64,000 nucleotides of DNA from Alphaproteobacteria bacterium (GTDB lineage: Bacteria > Pseudomonadota > Alphaproteobacteria > MPNO01), in the NCBI GenBank assembly GCA_965248835.1, contig CBDFLJ010000002.1, positions 480,001 through 544,000 of the forward strand. Direction: 5' to 3'. Position numbers and translations under genes: made by a program. The notes beneath the pieces were generated by a model. That model ran no database searches. It was not told where the DNA came from and saw only the letters and a program-made list of their open reading frames with translations. Shown piece by piece: positions 52,123 to 61,705 of this stretch. Positions within the stretch are counted from its first letter, which is position 1, and each line of letters opens with the position of its first letter.

Positions 52123-53619
52123 TCACCCCTTGGCGATCTTGATCGCCACGAAGCGCTGGCTGCCCTCGCGCTCGACAAGGACCAGGATGGTGCTCCCCGA
52201 CGATTTGCGGGCCTTTTCGACCTGCAATTTCACCTCGGACGGGTTGGTAACGCTCGATTGGGCCGGTCCGATCTTGCGGATGATGTCACCCGGCCGGATC
52301 TGCTTGTCGGCCGCCGGGCTGCCGGCTTCGACCTCGGTGACGACGACACCGCGGATGTCCTCGCCCAGGTTGAAGCGCTGGCGCAACGCCGCGGTCACCA
52401 TGGACAGTTTCAGGCCCAGCGCTTCGACCGATTCGACCGATTTCGGGCCGGCCGGCGTCCGCGCCGCGAGCTTTTGCGAGTCCTCGGGGAATTCGCCGAG
52501 CTCGATCCGCCGCGTCATTTTTGCGCCCTTGCGCCAGACCACGACGTTGACCGGCTTGCCGACGGAGGTTTCCGCGACCACCCGCGGCAGGCGGCGCATC
52601 TCGGTGATCGGCATCCCGTCGAACGACAGGATCACGTCGCCGACCTCGATCTTGCCCCTGGCCGCCGGACCGTCCTCGCTCAGGCCCGCCACCAGCGCGC
52701 CGGAGGCCTGCGGCAGGCCAAGACCCTGGGCGATCTCCTCGGTGACCGTCTGGATGCGCACGCCGAGCCAGCCGCGCCGCGCCTTTCCATATTGCTCCAA
52801 CTGCTTGACGATCGGCCTGGCGAGGTTGGCCGGGATCGCGAACCCGATGCCGATGCTGCCGCCGGTCGGCGAGAAGATGGCCGTGTTGACCCCGATCACC
52901 TCGCCCTCGATGTTGAACATCGGACCGCCGGAATTGCCGCGGTTGATCGAGGCGTCGGTCTGGATGAAGTCGTCGTAGGGGCCGGCATTGATGTTGCGCT
53001 GGCGCGCCGAGACGATGCCCGCCGTCACTGTGCCGCCGAGCCCGAACGGGTTGCCGATCGCGAGCACCCAGTCACCGACGCGGGTTTTGTCGGAGTTGCC
53101 GAACGTGACCGCGGTCAGCGCCGTCTTGGGCTCGACCCGCAGCAGCGCCAGATCGGTCTTCGCGTCGCGGCCGACAACGATCGCCGGCAGCTTGGTATCG
53201 TTGGAAAACGTGACCGTTATCTCGTCGGCCTCGGCGATCACGTGATTGTTGGTCACGATCAGCCCCTTGGCATCGATCACGAAGCCCGAGCCCAGAGAGG
53301 TCGCCTTGCGTTCCGGGCCGCCGCGGCGCTGCTGTTGTTCGAAGAACTCGCGAAAGAACTCCTCGAAAGGCGATCTGGGGGCGAGTTGTGGGCGCTCGGG
53401 CGTGGCGGGGGGCCGATCGCCGGTGTTCTTGATCATCTGGGTGGTCGAGATATTGACCACCGAGGGCAGCAGGCGCTGGGCCAGATCGGCGAACGTCGTC
53501 GGCGCCCTGGCGAAGGCGGTATGCGGGGCGCCCGCGGCTGCGAACCCGAGCAGAAGCGTCAAGGCGACCGCGGCGCCGACCGGTCGGCCTTGCCGGGCTT
53601 GCGAATCGCAAATCCTCAC
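52123..53619 (-). CDS. degP: DegP/DegQ (HtrA) serine endoprotease
   Basis: TNNHV, DLALL, GNSGGP, two PDZ domains. Confidence 0.93.
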   Translation of the reverse strand: MRICDSQARQGRPVGAAVALTLLLGFAAAGAPHTAFARAPTTFADLAQRLLPSVVNISTTQMIKNTGDRPPATPERPQLAPRSPFEEFFREFFEQQQRRGGPERKATSLGSGFVIDAKGLIVTNNHVIAEADEITVTFSNDTKLPAIVVGRDAKTDLALLRVEPKTALTAVTFGNSDKTRVGDWVLAIGNPFGLGGTVTAGIVSARQRNINAGPYDDFIQTDASINRGNSGGPMFNIEGEVIGVNTAIFSPTGGSIGIGFAIPANLARPIVKQLEQYGKARRGWLGVRIQTVTEEIAQGLGLPQASGALVAGLSEDGPAARGKIEVGDVILSFDGMPITEMRRLPRVVAETSVGKPVNVVVWRKGAKMTRRIELGEFPEDSQKLAARTPAGPKSVESVEALGLKLSMVTAALRQRFNLGEDIRGVVVTEVEAGSPAADKQIRPGDIIRKIGPAQSSVTNPSEVKLQVEKARKSSGSTILVLVEREGSQRFVAIKIAKG

Positions 53620-53761
53620 TGAGAGTCTCCCTGAGATTGGTCGCCGCCAGGCTTCCTGCCGGCGTTTCGCGGGAATTCACGCCACAGATATGGTCGTTTT
53701 ACACCCGGGCATCAACGCAGTGCCGGTTGATCGACGGTCGGCTGCGCGGCAGGCAGGCCGG

Positions 53762-53950
53762 CTATCCGCGCACCACCCAGACGATCCCCACGCCCAGCGC
53801 GGTGGCGAGCACACCGGCGGTGCGCAGCGTCGCTGCGGGCTGCTCCAGGATGCGCGCCATATACCGCTTCATCGCGTCGGGGAACAGCGCATAGAGCGCA
53901 CCCTCGATAGCAAGCGCGAGCGCCACGGCCGCGACCAGGTCGCCGCCCAT
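53762..53950 (-). CDS. DUF2065 small membrane protein
   Basis: IEGALYALFP..MK; follows hflC. Confidence 0.85.
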   Translation of the reverse strand: MGGDLVAAVALALAIEGALYALFPDAMKRYMARILEQPAATLRTAGVLATALGVGIVWVVRG

Positions 53951-53958
53951 CGACCGGG

Positions 53959-54846
53959 TCAGTTCCCGGCGGGCGGCCCGTCCCGCCCGAACGTGCCGAA
54001 GAACCGGAAGAAGTCGCTGTCCGGCGACAGCACCATCGTCGTGTCATCGCCGTGCAGCGCTTCCCGGTAGGCCTGCATCGACCGGTAGAAGTGGAAGAAC
54101 TTCGGGTCCTGGCCAAAAGCGTCGGCCCAGATCAAGGTCGCCTGCTGATCGCCGGTGCCGCGCGTGGTCTCGGAGGTGCGCTTTGCCTCCGCCAGAAGCA
54201 CCGTCCGCTCGCGGTCGGCGGCCGCGCGGATCTGCTGGCCTTTCTCGAAGCCCTGGGCGCGGGCCTCGCGCGCTTCGCGCTCGCGCTCGGAGCGCATCCG
54301 CGCATAGATCGCCTGGGCCGCCTCCTGCGGCAGATCTGCACGCCGCAACCTGACATCGATGATTTCGATGCCGAGCCGCTGGGCGGCGGTGTTCACGTCC
54401 GCCTGGATATCGGCCATGATGTCGTTGCGCTCCTCCGAGAGAACGGCCAGCAGGGTGACGTTGCCGAGCACCCGCCTGAGCGCGGAGTTCACCACCGAGG
54501 ACAGCCTCGCCCGGGCGACCTGCTCGGTCTGCACGGTCTGGAAGAATTTCAGCGAGTCGGAAATCTTGTAGCGGACATAGGCATCGGCGACGATGCGCTT
54601 CTGATCCGACAGGATGACCTGCTCGGCCGGCGGGTCGAAATCGAGCACCCGACGCTCGTATTCGATGATGTTCTGGACGAACGGCCATTTGAATCGGAGC
54701 CCGGGATCCTTAATGACTCGCTTCGGCTCGCCGAATTGAAGGACCAGGACCTGCCGGGTCTGGTGGACGGTGAACACGGAGCTGTAGACCACGACTCCCA
54801 GCACGATGACGATGATGCCGAGGATCGTCAGGCGGTTGCGGCTCAT
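53959..54846 (-). CDS. hflC: FtsH modulator HflC
   Basis: SPFH domain, RMRSEREREA, FYRSMQAY. Confidence 0.96.
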   Translation of the reverse strand: MSRNRLTILGIIVIVLGVVVYSSVFTVHQTRQVLVLQFGEPKRVIKDPGLRFKWPFVQNIIEYERRVLDFDPPAEQVILSDQKRIVADAYVRYKISDSLKFFQTVQTEQVARARLSSVVNSALRRVLGNVTLLAVLSEERNDIMADIQADVNTAAQRLGIEIIDVRLRRADLPQEAAQAIYARMRSEREREAREARAQGFEKGQQIRAAADRERTVLLAEAKRTSETTRGTGDQQATLIWADAFGQDPKFFHFYRSMQAYREALHGDDTTMVLSPDSDFFRFFGTFGRDGPPAGN

Positions 54847-55961
54847 TGCTGGACCTCCTCTTGCTGGGTCCGTTGTTGGGTCCGCTTCTGGATCTCCGGC
54901 AGCGGCAAGTAAGGCACCACGCCGCCGCCCCTGGCCGCCGAGGAATCGATGATGATCTTGTTCATGCCGCTGAACACCTCCTCCAGCGTTTCGAGGTAGA
55001 TCCTCTGGGTGGTAACTTCCTTGGCCAGGCGATAGGATTGCAGCACCTTGAGGAAGCGCTCGGCTTCGCCCTGGGACTTGTTGACGATCTGTTCGCGGTA
55101 AGCGTGGGCGTCCTGGATCTGCTTCTCGGCCTCGCCGCGAGCGCGCGGCAGGATATCGTTGCGGTAGGCCTCGGCCTCGTTGCGCAGGCGTTCAAGATCG
55201 GCGCGGGCGCGCTGGACGTCGATGAAGGCATCGATCACCGGGCCCGGTGGATCGACCTTGAGGAGCTGGACCCGACGCATCTCGATCCCGGCCTGATAGC
55301 TGTCCAGCAGTTCCTGCACCCGCTTTAAGGTGGCCTCCTCGATCTGGTTGCGCCCCTCGGTCAGGGCCGACTGGATCGGCGTCTGGCCGATCACCTCGCG
55401 CATTGCGCTTTCCGAGGACAGCTTCACCGTCGCCTCGGGGTTGCGGATGTTGAACAGGAACTGTCCGGCATCCTTGATCACCCAGAAGACCGTGAAGTCG
55501 ATGTCGACGATGTTCTCGTCGCCGGTCAGCATCAGGCTTTCTTCGGGGATATCGCGGACCGCCAGGCTTCGGTCGTTCTCACCGACGCTGCGCTGGCCGA
55601 TCTCGATCCTGTTGACCCGCGTCACCTTGGGTGTTTCCACCGACTCGATCGGGCCGGGAAGATGGTAGTTGAGGCCCGGAGGGGTGGTCTTCACCCATTC
55701 GCCGAAGCGCAGCACGACGCCCTGCTCGTCGGGTTGGACGCGGTAGAACCCGCTCAACAGCCACAGCGCGACCGCGCCGATGATGAGGAAGATGATCCCC
55801 CGGCCGCTGCCCAGGCCACCGGGCACGATCCGCTTGATCCGGTCCTGGCCGCGGCGCAGCATGTCCTCGAAGTCCGGTGGTCGCCCGCCGCCGCCGCCGC
55901 TACCCCAAGGTCCCTGGCCGCCGCCCAGGCCACCGCCGCCGCCTTGCTGTTTCCATGGCAT
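54843..55961 (-). CDS. hflK: FtsH modulator HflK
   Basis: MPW...GPWG..PPD, MLTGDENIV, YLPL. Confidence 0.96.
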   Translation of the reverse strand: MPWKQQGGGGGLGGGQGPWGSGGGGGRPPDFEDMLRRGQDRIKRIVPGGLGSGRGIIFLIIGAVALWLLSGFYRVQPDEQGVVLRFGEWVKTTPPGLNYHLPGPIESVETPKVTRVNRIEIGQRSVGENDRSLAVRDIPEESLMLTGDENIVDIDFTVFWVIKDAGQFLFNIRNPEATVKLSSESAMREVIGQTPIQSALTEGRNQIEEATLKRVQELLDSYQAGIEMRRVQLLKVDPPGPVIDAFIDVQRARADLERLRNEAEAYRNDILPRARGEAEKQIQDAHAYREQIVNKSQGEAERFLKVLQSYRLAKEVTTQRIYLETLEEVFSGMNKIIIDSSAARGGGVVPYLPLPEIQKRTQQRTQQEEVQQ

Positions 55962-56106
55962 ATCGGATCACCATCTTCCCTGTGGCAAGCACGGGCCTGT
56001 TTCCCGACGGCTCGACGCCACCGTTGGCCCCTGCTTTGCCGCTGCCCTGCGCGCCTTATATGATACGCGCAAACGCGGCGCAACGTAACGGCCTGAAAGG
56101 CAATTG

Positions 56107-57222
56107 ATGGTCCAAGTAACGGAATCGGCGATCCTGGAGGCGCTCAAGGCCGTTCGGGACCCCGACGGCGGGGGCGACATCGTCGCGCTCGGCATGATCA
56201 GCGGCCTGGTCATCAAGAACGGCAATGTCGGCTTCTCGATCGAGGTCGATCCCGGACGCGGCGCCGCGCTGGAGCCGATGCGCAAACAGGCCGAGCGCGC
56301 GGCCGCTTCGGTCGCGGGCGTGCTGTCGGTCACCGCTGTGCTGACCGCCCACAGCGAGCAGCCACAGGCCGGCCGGGGCCAGCCCCAGCCCCAGCAGCCG
56401 GCCGGCCGCGGCCAGCAGGCCCCGATGCTGCCGGAGGTCGGGGCGATCCTCGCCGTCGCCTCGGGCAAGGGCGGCGTCGGCAAGTCGACCACCGCGGTCA
56501 ACCTCGCCCTGGCGCTCGCCGGCGCCGGCCGGTCGGTCGGCATCCTCGATGCGGACATCTACGGTCCGTCGCTGCCGATGATGCTCGGCATCACCGGCCG
56601 GCCGACCTCGCCCGACGGCAAGGTGCTCGATCCGATGGAGGCCTGGGGGGTCAAGGCGATGTCGATCGGTTTCCTGGTCCCGGTCGACACCCCGACGATC
56701 TGGCGCGGCCCGATGGTGATGGGCGCTCTGGAACAGTTGATGCGCGATGTCGCCTGGGGGGCGCTCGACGTCCTGGTGGTCGACATGCCGCCGGGCACCG
56801 GCGACGTCCAACTCACCATGGCCCAGCGGGTCCCGCTGGCCGGCGCGGTCATCGTGTCCACCCCCCAGGACCTCGCGCTGATCGATGCGCGCAAGGGCCT
56901 CAACATGTTCCGCAAGGTCGAGGTGCCGGTGCTCGGCATCGTCGAGAACATGAGCTACTTCATCTGCCCGCATTGCGGCGGCCGGTCGGACGTGTTCAAC
57001 CATGGCGGGGCGGCCCGCGCGGCCGAGGCGATGGCGACCGACTTCCTCGGCGAAATCCCGCTCGAAATGGCGATCCGCGAGGGCTCCGACAGCGGCCGGC
57101 CGATCGTGGCGACCGACCCCGACGGGCCGCACGCCGCGGCCTACCGGGCGATCGCCGAGGCCGTGTGGTCCAAGCTGTCCGGCGAGCCGGCGCGGACTGC
57201 GCCGCGCATCGTCATCGAGTGA
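56107..57222 (+). CDS. mrp: Mrp/ApbC Fe-S cluster carrier ATPase
   Basis: SGKGGVGKST, DADIYGPS, DMPPGTGD, CPHC. Confidence 0.95.
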   Translation: MVQVTESAILEALKAVRDPDGGGDIVALGMISGLVIKNGNVGFSIEVDPGRGAALEPMRKQAERAAASVAGVLSVTAVLTAHSEQPQAGRGQPQPQQPAGRGQQAPMLPEVGAILAVASGKGGVGKSTTAVNLALALAGAGRSVGILDADIYGPSLPMMLGITGRPTSPDGKVLDPMEAWGVKAMSIGFLVPVDTPTIWRGPMVMGALEQLMRDVAWGALDVLVVDMPPGTGDVQLTMAQRVPLAGAVIVSTPQDLALIDARKGLNMFRKVEVPVLGIVENMSYFICPHCGGRSDVFNHGGAARAAEAMATDFLGEIPLEMAIREGSDSGRPIVATDPDGPHAAAYRAIAEAVWSKLSGEPARTAPRIVIE

Positions 57223-57242
57223 GCGCCGGCGGGGAAGCCGAC

Positions 57243-58139
57243 ATGGCCGAAGCAGAGATTCCGTTCAGCAAGGCGATGGACTTCGCCTATGGCGCGGCCC
57301 AGCCGGTGGCGCCCCGCGTCCGGCGCATCGTCGCCAACAACCCCGGCCCGTTCACCTTCCACGGCACCAACACCTATGTCGTCGGCACCGGCGAGGTCGC
57401 GGTGATCGACCCCGGCCCCGACGATCCGGCCCAGACCGCAGCCATCCTGCGCGCGGTCGAAGGCGAGAAGATCACCCATGTGGTCGTCACCCATACCCAT
57501 TTCGATCATTCGCCGGGAAGCCGCGCACTGGCGCGCGCTGCCGGCGCGCCGATCGTTGGCGCTCTGCCGAGTCCGCCCGGCGACGGCGCGCCGCCCATCG
57601 AGGCGGCGGACCCCGACTTCGAGCCCGACATCCTGCTTGGCGACGGCGACGTTCTGACCGGCCCGGACTGGACGCTTGGCGCGGTCTTCACCCCGGGCCA
57701 CATGTCCAACCACCACTGTCTGGCTCTCGCCGAGGGCGACATCCTGTTCAGCGGCGACCACGTGATGGGCTGGAACACCACCATCGTCTCCCCGCCCGAC
57801 GGCAACATGGCCGACTACCTGGCGAGCCTGGCGGTCTGCATCGCGCGCAGCGATGCGCTCTATCTGCCTGGTCACGGCCCGCCGATCGAGGACCCCGCGC
57901 CGTTCGTCCGCGCCTATCTCGGCCATCGGCGGATGCGCGAAACCCAGATCCTGGGCGCGATCGACGACGGTCTGCACACGGTGCCGGCGATGGTCGCCAA
58001 GCTGTATGCCCATCTGCCCGAGCGGATGCATTGGGCGGCCGGAAGGTCGGTCCTGGCACATCTGGAGAACATGGTCGAGACCGACCGCGTCGCCGTCGAC
58101 GGGCCCCTGACCACCGAGGCGCGCTACACCCTGGCGTAA
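57243..58139 (+). CDS. MBL-fold metallo-hydrolase
   Basis: THTHFDH, TPGH, SGDH, PGHG. Confidence 0.92.
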   Translation: MAEAEIPFSKAMDFAYGAAQPVAPRVRRIVANNPGPFTFHGTNTYVVGTGEVAVIDPGPDDPAQTAAILRAVEGEKITHVVVTHTHFDHSPGSRALARAAGAPIVGALPSPPGDGAPPIEAADPDFEPDILLGDGDVLTGPDWTLGAVFTPGHMSNHHCLALAEGDILFSGDHVMGWNTTIVSPPDGNMADYLASLAVCIARSDALYLPGHGPPIEDPAPFVRAYLGHRRMRETQILGAIDDGLHTVPAMVAKLYAHLPERMHWAAGRSVLAHLENMVETDRVAVDGPLTTEARYTLA

Positions 58140-58269
58140 GCCGTGCAGCCCGGGCAGGATCGGTTGCGCAACCACGGAATATCGTTAACCTGAACCCTGG
58201 CGAGGTAAGCCGCGACGGCGGTGTCCGGGGCGGCAGTGTCCGGAGCGGCAGATCCGAAGGGCGCTGACC

Positions 58270-58479
58270 ATGGGCGACGTCATCTACCTCAACGAGATGC
58301 GCAAGAAGCGCGCCAAGGACGCCAAGCGCAACGCAGCCGCCGTCAACCGCGCCCGCCACGGCCGCACCAAGCAGGCCAAGGAAGCCGCGCGCCGCGAGAA
58401 GGACCGCGAGGGTGCCGTGCTCAATGCCAAGCTGCTGGAAGACAAGACCGGCGCAAAAGACGAGTCGGAACGGGACTGA
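58270..58479 (+). CDS. DUF4169 family protein
   Basis: MGDVI.L...RK.RA......A.VNRARHGRTK. Confidence 0.8.
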   Translation: MGDVIYLNEMRKKRAKDAKRNAAAVNRARHGRTKQAKEAARREKDREGAVLNAKLLEDKTGAKDESERD

Positions 58480-58500
58480 GCGCCGCCGTAGCGCGCCTGC

Positions 58501-59214
58501 TCAGACCGCGAACAACCGCCCCAGGGCAGGGATCGCGGCCTTGTTGCCGATAGTGCGCAGCGCCGACCACAGCAGAGTCTGATTGGACCCCAGCACGGCA
58601 AGTCCGGTGGTCCGCTCCAGGGCCTCGATCGAGGCGAAGGTCGGAAGGTCGGTCGCCAACAGGACCACCGCCTGGGCCCCGGTCCGGTCGAGCCCTTCGA
58701 CAAGGCCCGCCAGGCGCGCCGGGTCGACACGCGGGACCTCGGCCATCGCCAAGATGTCGAGCGTCGCGTCGCCGGTCACCGCGAGGCCGCGCGCGGAGAA
58801 AAACGGCCGGGCGAGCGCGTGGATCGCCGCCGGGTAGGGCGTGCCCAACGCCAGCCGCTCGATACCGAGCGCTGCCAGAGCATCGCGCAGCGCCGTCCAG
58901 GCGGAAATGCAGGCCACGCCCGTGCGCTCGGCGATTGCCGCGGTGCGCGCATCGTTCCAGCCGGGCTCCATGATGAACGTGGTCACCATGTCGGCATAGA
59001 CGATCACGTCGATTCCGGTCGCGGCGAGCTCATCGACCGCGCGGTCGACGTTCGCCTCCATCGCGTGGACCGCCTCGGGCGTGAGGTCGCCCCGGACGAG
59101 GATCCGTGTCGCGTAGAGCGCCGTGCCTTCGGGCAGGACCGACCACATCTCCGGCTCGATCACGGCGTTGTTGGCGGGGACGATGACGCCGATCCGCCCC
59201 CGGGCGCCGAACAT
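58501..59214 (-). CDS. Asp/Glu racemase / maleate isomerase-family protein
   Basis: RIGVIVPANN...EPE, LGTPY, SNQ..LW; usual catalytic Cys positions appear substituted. Confidence 0.8.
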   Translation of the reverse strand: MFGARGRIGVIVPANNAVIEPEMWSVLPEGTALYATRILVRGDLTPEAVHAMEANVDRAVDELAATGIDVIVYADMVTTFIMEPGWNDARTAAIAERTGVACISAWTALRDALAALGIERLALGTPYPAAIHALARPFFSARGLAVTGDATLDILAMAEVPRVDPARLAGLVEGLDRTGAQAVVLLATDLPTFASIEALERTTGLAVLGSNQTLLWSALRTIGNKAAIPALGRLFAV

Positions 59215-59219
59215 CGCGC

Positions 59220-60578
59220 TCAGCCCCACACCGGGGCGCCGCGCGGCACCCACCGGCCGAGCGGCGCATTGCCGACATGGCGGCCCTGTTCGGCAATCAC
59301 GTGGCCGCGCAGGATTGTGAGCACCGGCCAGCCGGTCAGACGCTCGCCCTCGAAGGGCGAACGCCCGGCGCGCGAGTGCACCAGGCCCGCATCGACGGTG
59401 CGCGCGCGATGCGGGTCGACCAGGACGAGGTCGCCGTCCGCACCGGCGGCGAGCCGGCCCTTGCGGTCGGCGATGCCGAACAGCCGCGCCGGTGCGCCGC
59501 ACAGGACCTGCGCGACCCGGCTCCACGGGATGCGGCCGCCCGCAGCGAGGTTGAGGACCACCGGCGCGACGGTATCCAGCCCCGGCGTGCCGCCCGGGAC
59601 TTCCCACGGGCTCGCCCGATCCTTCTCCTCGATTGCGTGCGGGGCGTGATCGGAGCCGACGAAGCTGACCGTGCCGGCGGCGAGCGCTGCGCGGGCGGCC
59701 TCGCAATCGGCAGGGCTGCGCAGCGGCGGGACCATCAGGGCGAACGGGCCGTGGCGGTCGACCGCGCCGGTGTCCAGATGCAGGTGGTGCGGCGTGACCT
59801 CGACGCCCAGCGACAGGCTTGGATCGGCTGCCTGCGCGGCGGCGATCATCGCAAAGCCGCGTGCGGTGCAGACCTGGCGGGCGATGATTCGCGCGCCGGT
59901 GATCCGGGCGACTTCGATCAGGCCGGCGAGCCCGATCGCCTCGCCCGCCGGATCGCGTGCCTCGACATAGGCCATGTAGTCGCGGCGCCCGGCCAGCCGC
60001 TCGAGAGCTCCCGCGACCAGGTCCTGATTGCCGGTCAAGATTCCCAGCACCCCGCCGCAGGACGCCGTCGCCCGCGCCGCCTCGACCAGCCCGTCGAGAT
60101 CGAGCCGCATCCAATCCGGCGCATCCGACAGCAGCCCCTCGAAAGAGGTCACGCCCTCGGCCCAAAGCGCGGGCAGCGCGTCCAGGTTGCCGGGCAGGGC
60201 GGCAGCCTGGATGGTGAAGTCGACCAGGCTCGCCCCTTCGCCCGCGGCCCGCATCGCCGCGACACCGGCAACATCGGCGGCCATCGGATCGGTGTTGGGC
60301 ATGCACATCACCGTCGTCACCCCGCCGCAGGCCGCGCCTTCGGTGCCGGTGGCGAAGGTCTCCTTGTGCGGATAGCCCGGATCGCGCATGTGGACATGGG
60401 CGTCTATGAAGCCGGGGAAGAGCAGGCGGCCGCGCGCGTCGATCGTCGTGGCGGCATGGGCCCGGTCGCCGGCATCGAGGACGGCCTCGATCCGTCCGTC
60501 CTCGCCGACGAGGATCCCGCCGGGACGCGCGCCGTCCTCGCCGACGAGGACCGCGTCATGGATTGCAATCAGCGCCAT
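59220..60578 (-). CDS. Dihydroorotase/allantoinase-family amidohydrolase
   Basis: PGFIDAHVHMR, GGVTT...MPNT, EVTPHHL, GSDHAPH. Confidence 0.88.
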   Translation of the reverse strand: MALIAIHDAVLVGEDGARPGGILVGEDGRIEAVLDAGDRAHAATTIDARGRLLFPGFIDAHVHMRDPGYPHKETFATGTEGAACGGVTTVMCMPNTDPMAADVAGVAAMRAAGEGASLVDFTIQAAALPGNLDALPALWAEGVTSFEGLLSDAPDWMRLDLDGLVEAARATASCGGVLGILTGNQDLVAGALERLAGRRDYMAYVEARDPAGEAIGLAGLIEVARITGARIIARQVCTARGFAMIAAAQAADPSLSLGVEVTPHHLHLDTGAVDRHGPFALMVPPLRSPADCEAARAALAAGTVSFVGSDHAPHAIEEKDRASPWEVPGGTPGLDTVAPVVLNLAAGGRIPWSRVAQVLCGAPARLFGIADRKGRLAAGADGDLVLVDPHRARTVDAGLVHSRAGRSPFEGERLTGWPVLTILRGHVIAEQGRHVGNAPLGRWVPRGAPVWG

Positions 60579-60672
60579 CGCTCACCTCGGCTCGCGGCCG
60601 CGACTATGCCACATCGCGGGCGCGTTGACCCGTCCCGGGCCGCCCCTTATCAGTGCACCGGGAGGACCGGCG

Positions 60673-61680
60673 GTGGACTTGCGCATACTCAGCGAGGCCG
60701 ACGTGCGCGCGGTGATCGACATGGACGCCGCGATCGCCCTTCAGGCCGATGCCTTCGCGCGCCTGGCGGCGGGCGAATCGATCCAGGGACTGCGCAGCTT
60801 CGCGCTGTCGGAGGAGCCGCCCGGTGTCGCGGTCTTCAACCCGGCCTTCCTTATCGGCGGCGCGGGATACGGCATCAAGGTGGTCTCGGACTTCTACCGC
60901 AACGCGGATGCGGGGCTGGCGCGGCTGTCCTCGCTGGTGGCGCTGTTCGACGGGACCACCGGGCACCCCCGCACGGTCATGGAGGGCGGCTATCTGACCG
61001 ACGTCAGGACCGGAGCCGGCACCGGGCTCGCGGCCCGCTATCTCGCGCGCCCCGATGCCGCGGTCGTCGCGGTGATCGGCGCGGGACGGGTCGCGCGCAA
61101 CCAGCTTCAGGCGCTCGCCCGGACATGCGCCCTGGAACGGGTGGTCGTCGCCACCCGGACCGAGGCGCGCGGGCGCGCCTTCGTCGCCTGGGCGCGCGGG
61201 CACGGCGCGGGCATCCCCGCCGCCGTCGAACTCGTCGGATCGGCCGCAGAAGCGGCCGGCCAAGCCGACATCGTGGTCGCGGCCACGACCTCGCGCAGCC
61301 CGGTGGTCGCCGGCGCGGACCTGCGCCCGGGCACCTTCGTGGCCAGCGCGGGCGCGCACGATCCGGCGGCTCGAGAGGTCGATTCAGCGGTCGTCGGGCG
61401 CGCCGCCAAGCGGGTGATCGACAGCCGGGCCGACAGCCTGGCCAATGTCGGCGACCTGCTGATCCCGATCGAGGAGGGGGTGATCGCGGCGGCGGATATC
61501 GCCGAGATCTCCGAGATCATCGCGGGCACCAGGCCGGGCCGCCAGACCGCGGACGAGATCACCTATTACAAGTCGCTCGGCGTGCCGATCCAGGACCTGG
61601 TGACCGCCCAGTACATCGAGGCGCGCGCGACCGAACGCGGCGTCGGCACGATCATCGACATCGGCGGCGATCACGATTGA
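60673..61680 (+). CDS. Ornithine cyclodeaminase/mu-crystallin family protein
   Basis: LT..RTGA, IGAGRVA, YYKSLG..IQDL; GTG start after GGAGG. Confidence 0.9.
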   Translation: MDLRILSEADVRAVIDMDAAIALQADAFARLAAGESIQGLRSFALSEEPPGVAVFNPAFLIGGAGYGIKVVSDFYRNADAGLARLSSLVALFDGTTGHPRTVMEGGYLTDVRTGAGTGLAARYLARPDAAVVAVIGAGRVARNQLQALARTCALERVVVATRTEARGRAFVAWARGHGAGIPAAVELVGSAAEAAGQADIVVAATTSRSPVVAGADLRPGTFVASAGAHDPAAREVDSAVVGRAAKRVIDSRADSLANVGDLLIPIEEGVIAAADIAEISEIIAGTRPGRQTADEITYYKSLGVPIQDLVTAQYIEARATERGVGTIIDIGGDHD

Positions 61681-61705
61681 TGGTGTGGACCGCTCCCGCG
61701 CGGCG

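Noticed and set aside
55880-55945. ccg/gcc repeats near the hflK start
   Set aside because: Normal Gly-rich HflK N-terminus.
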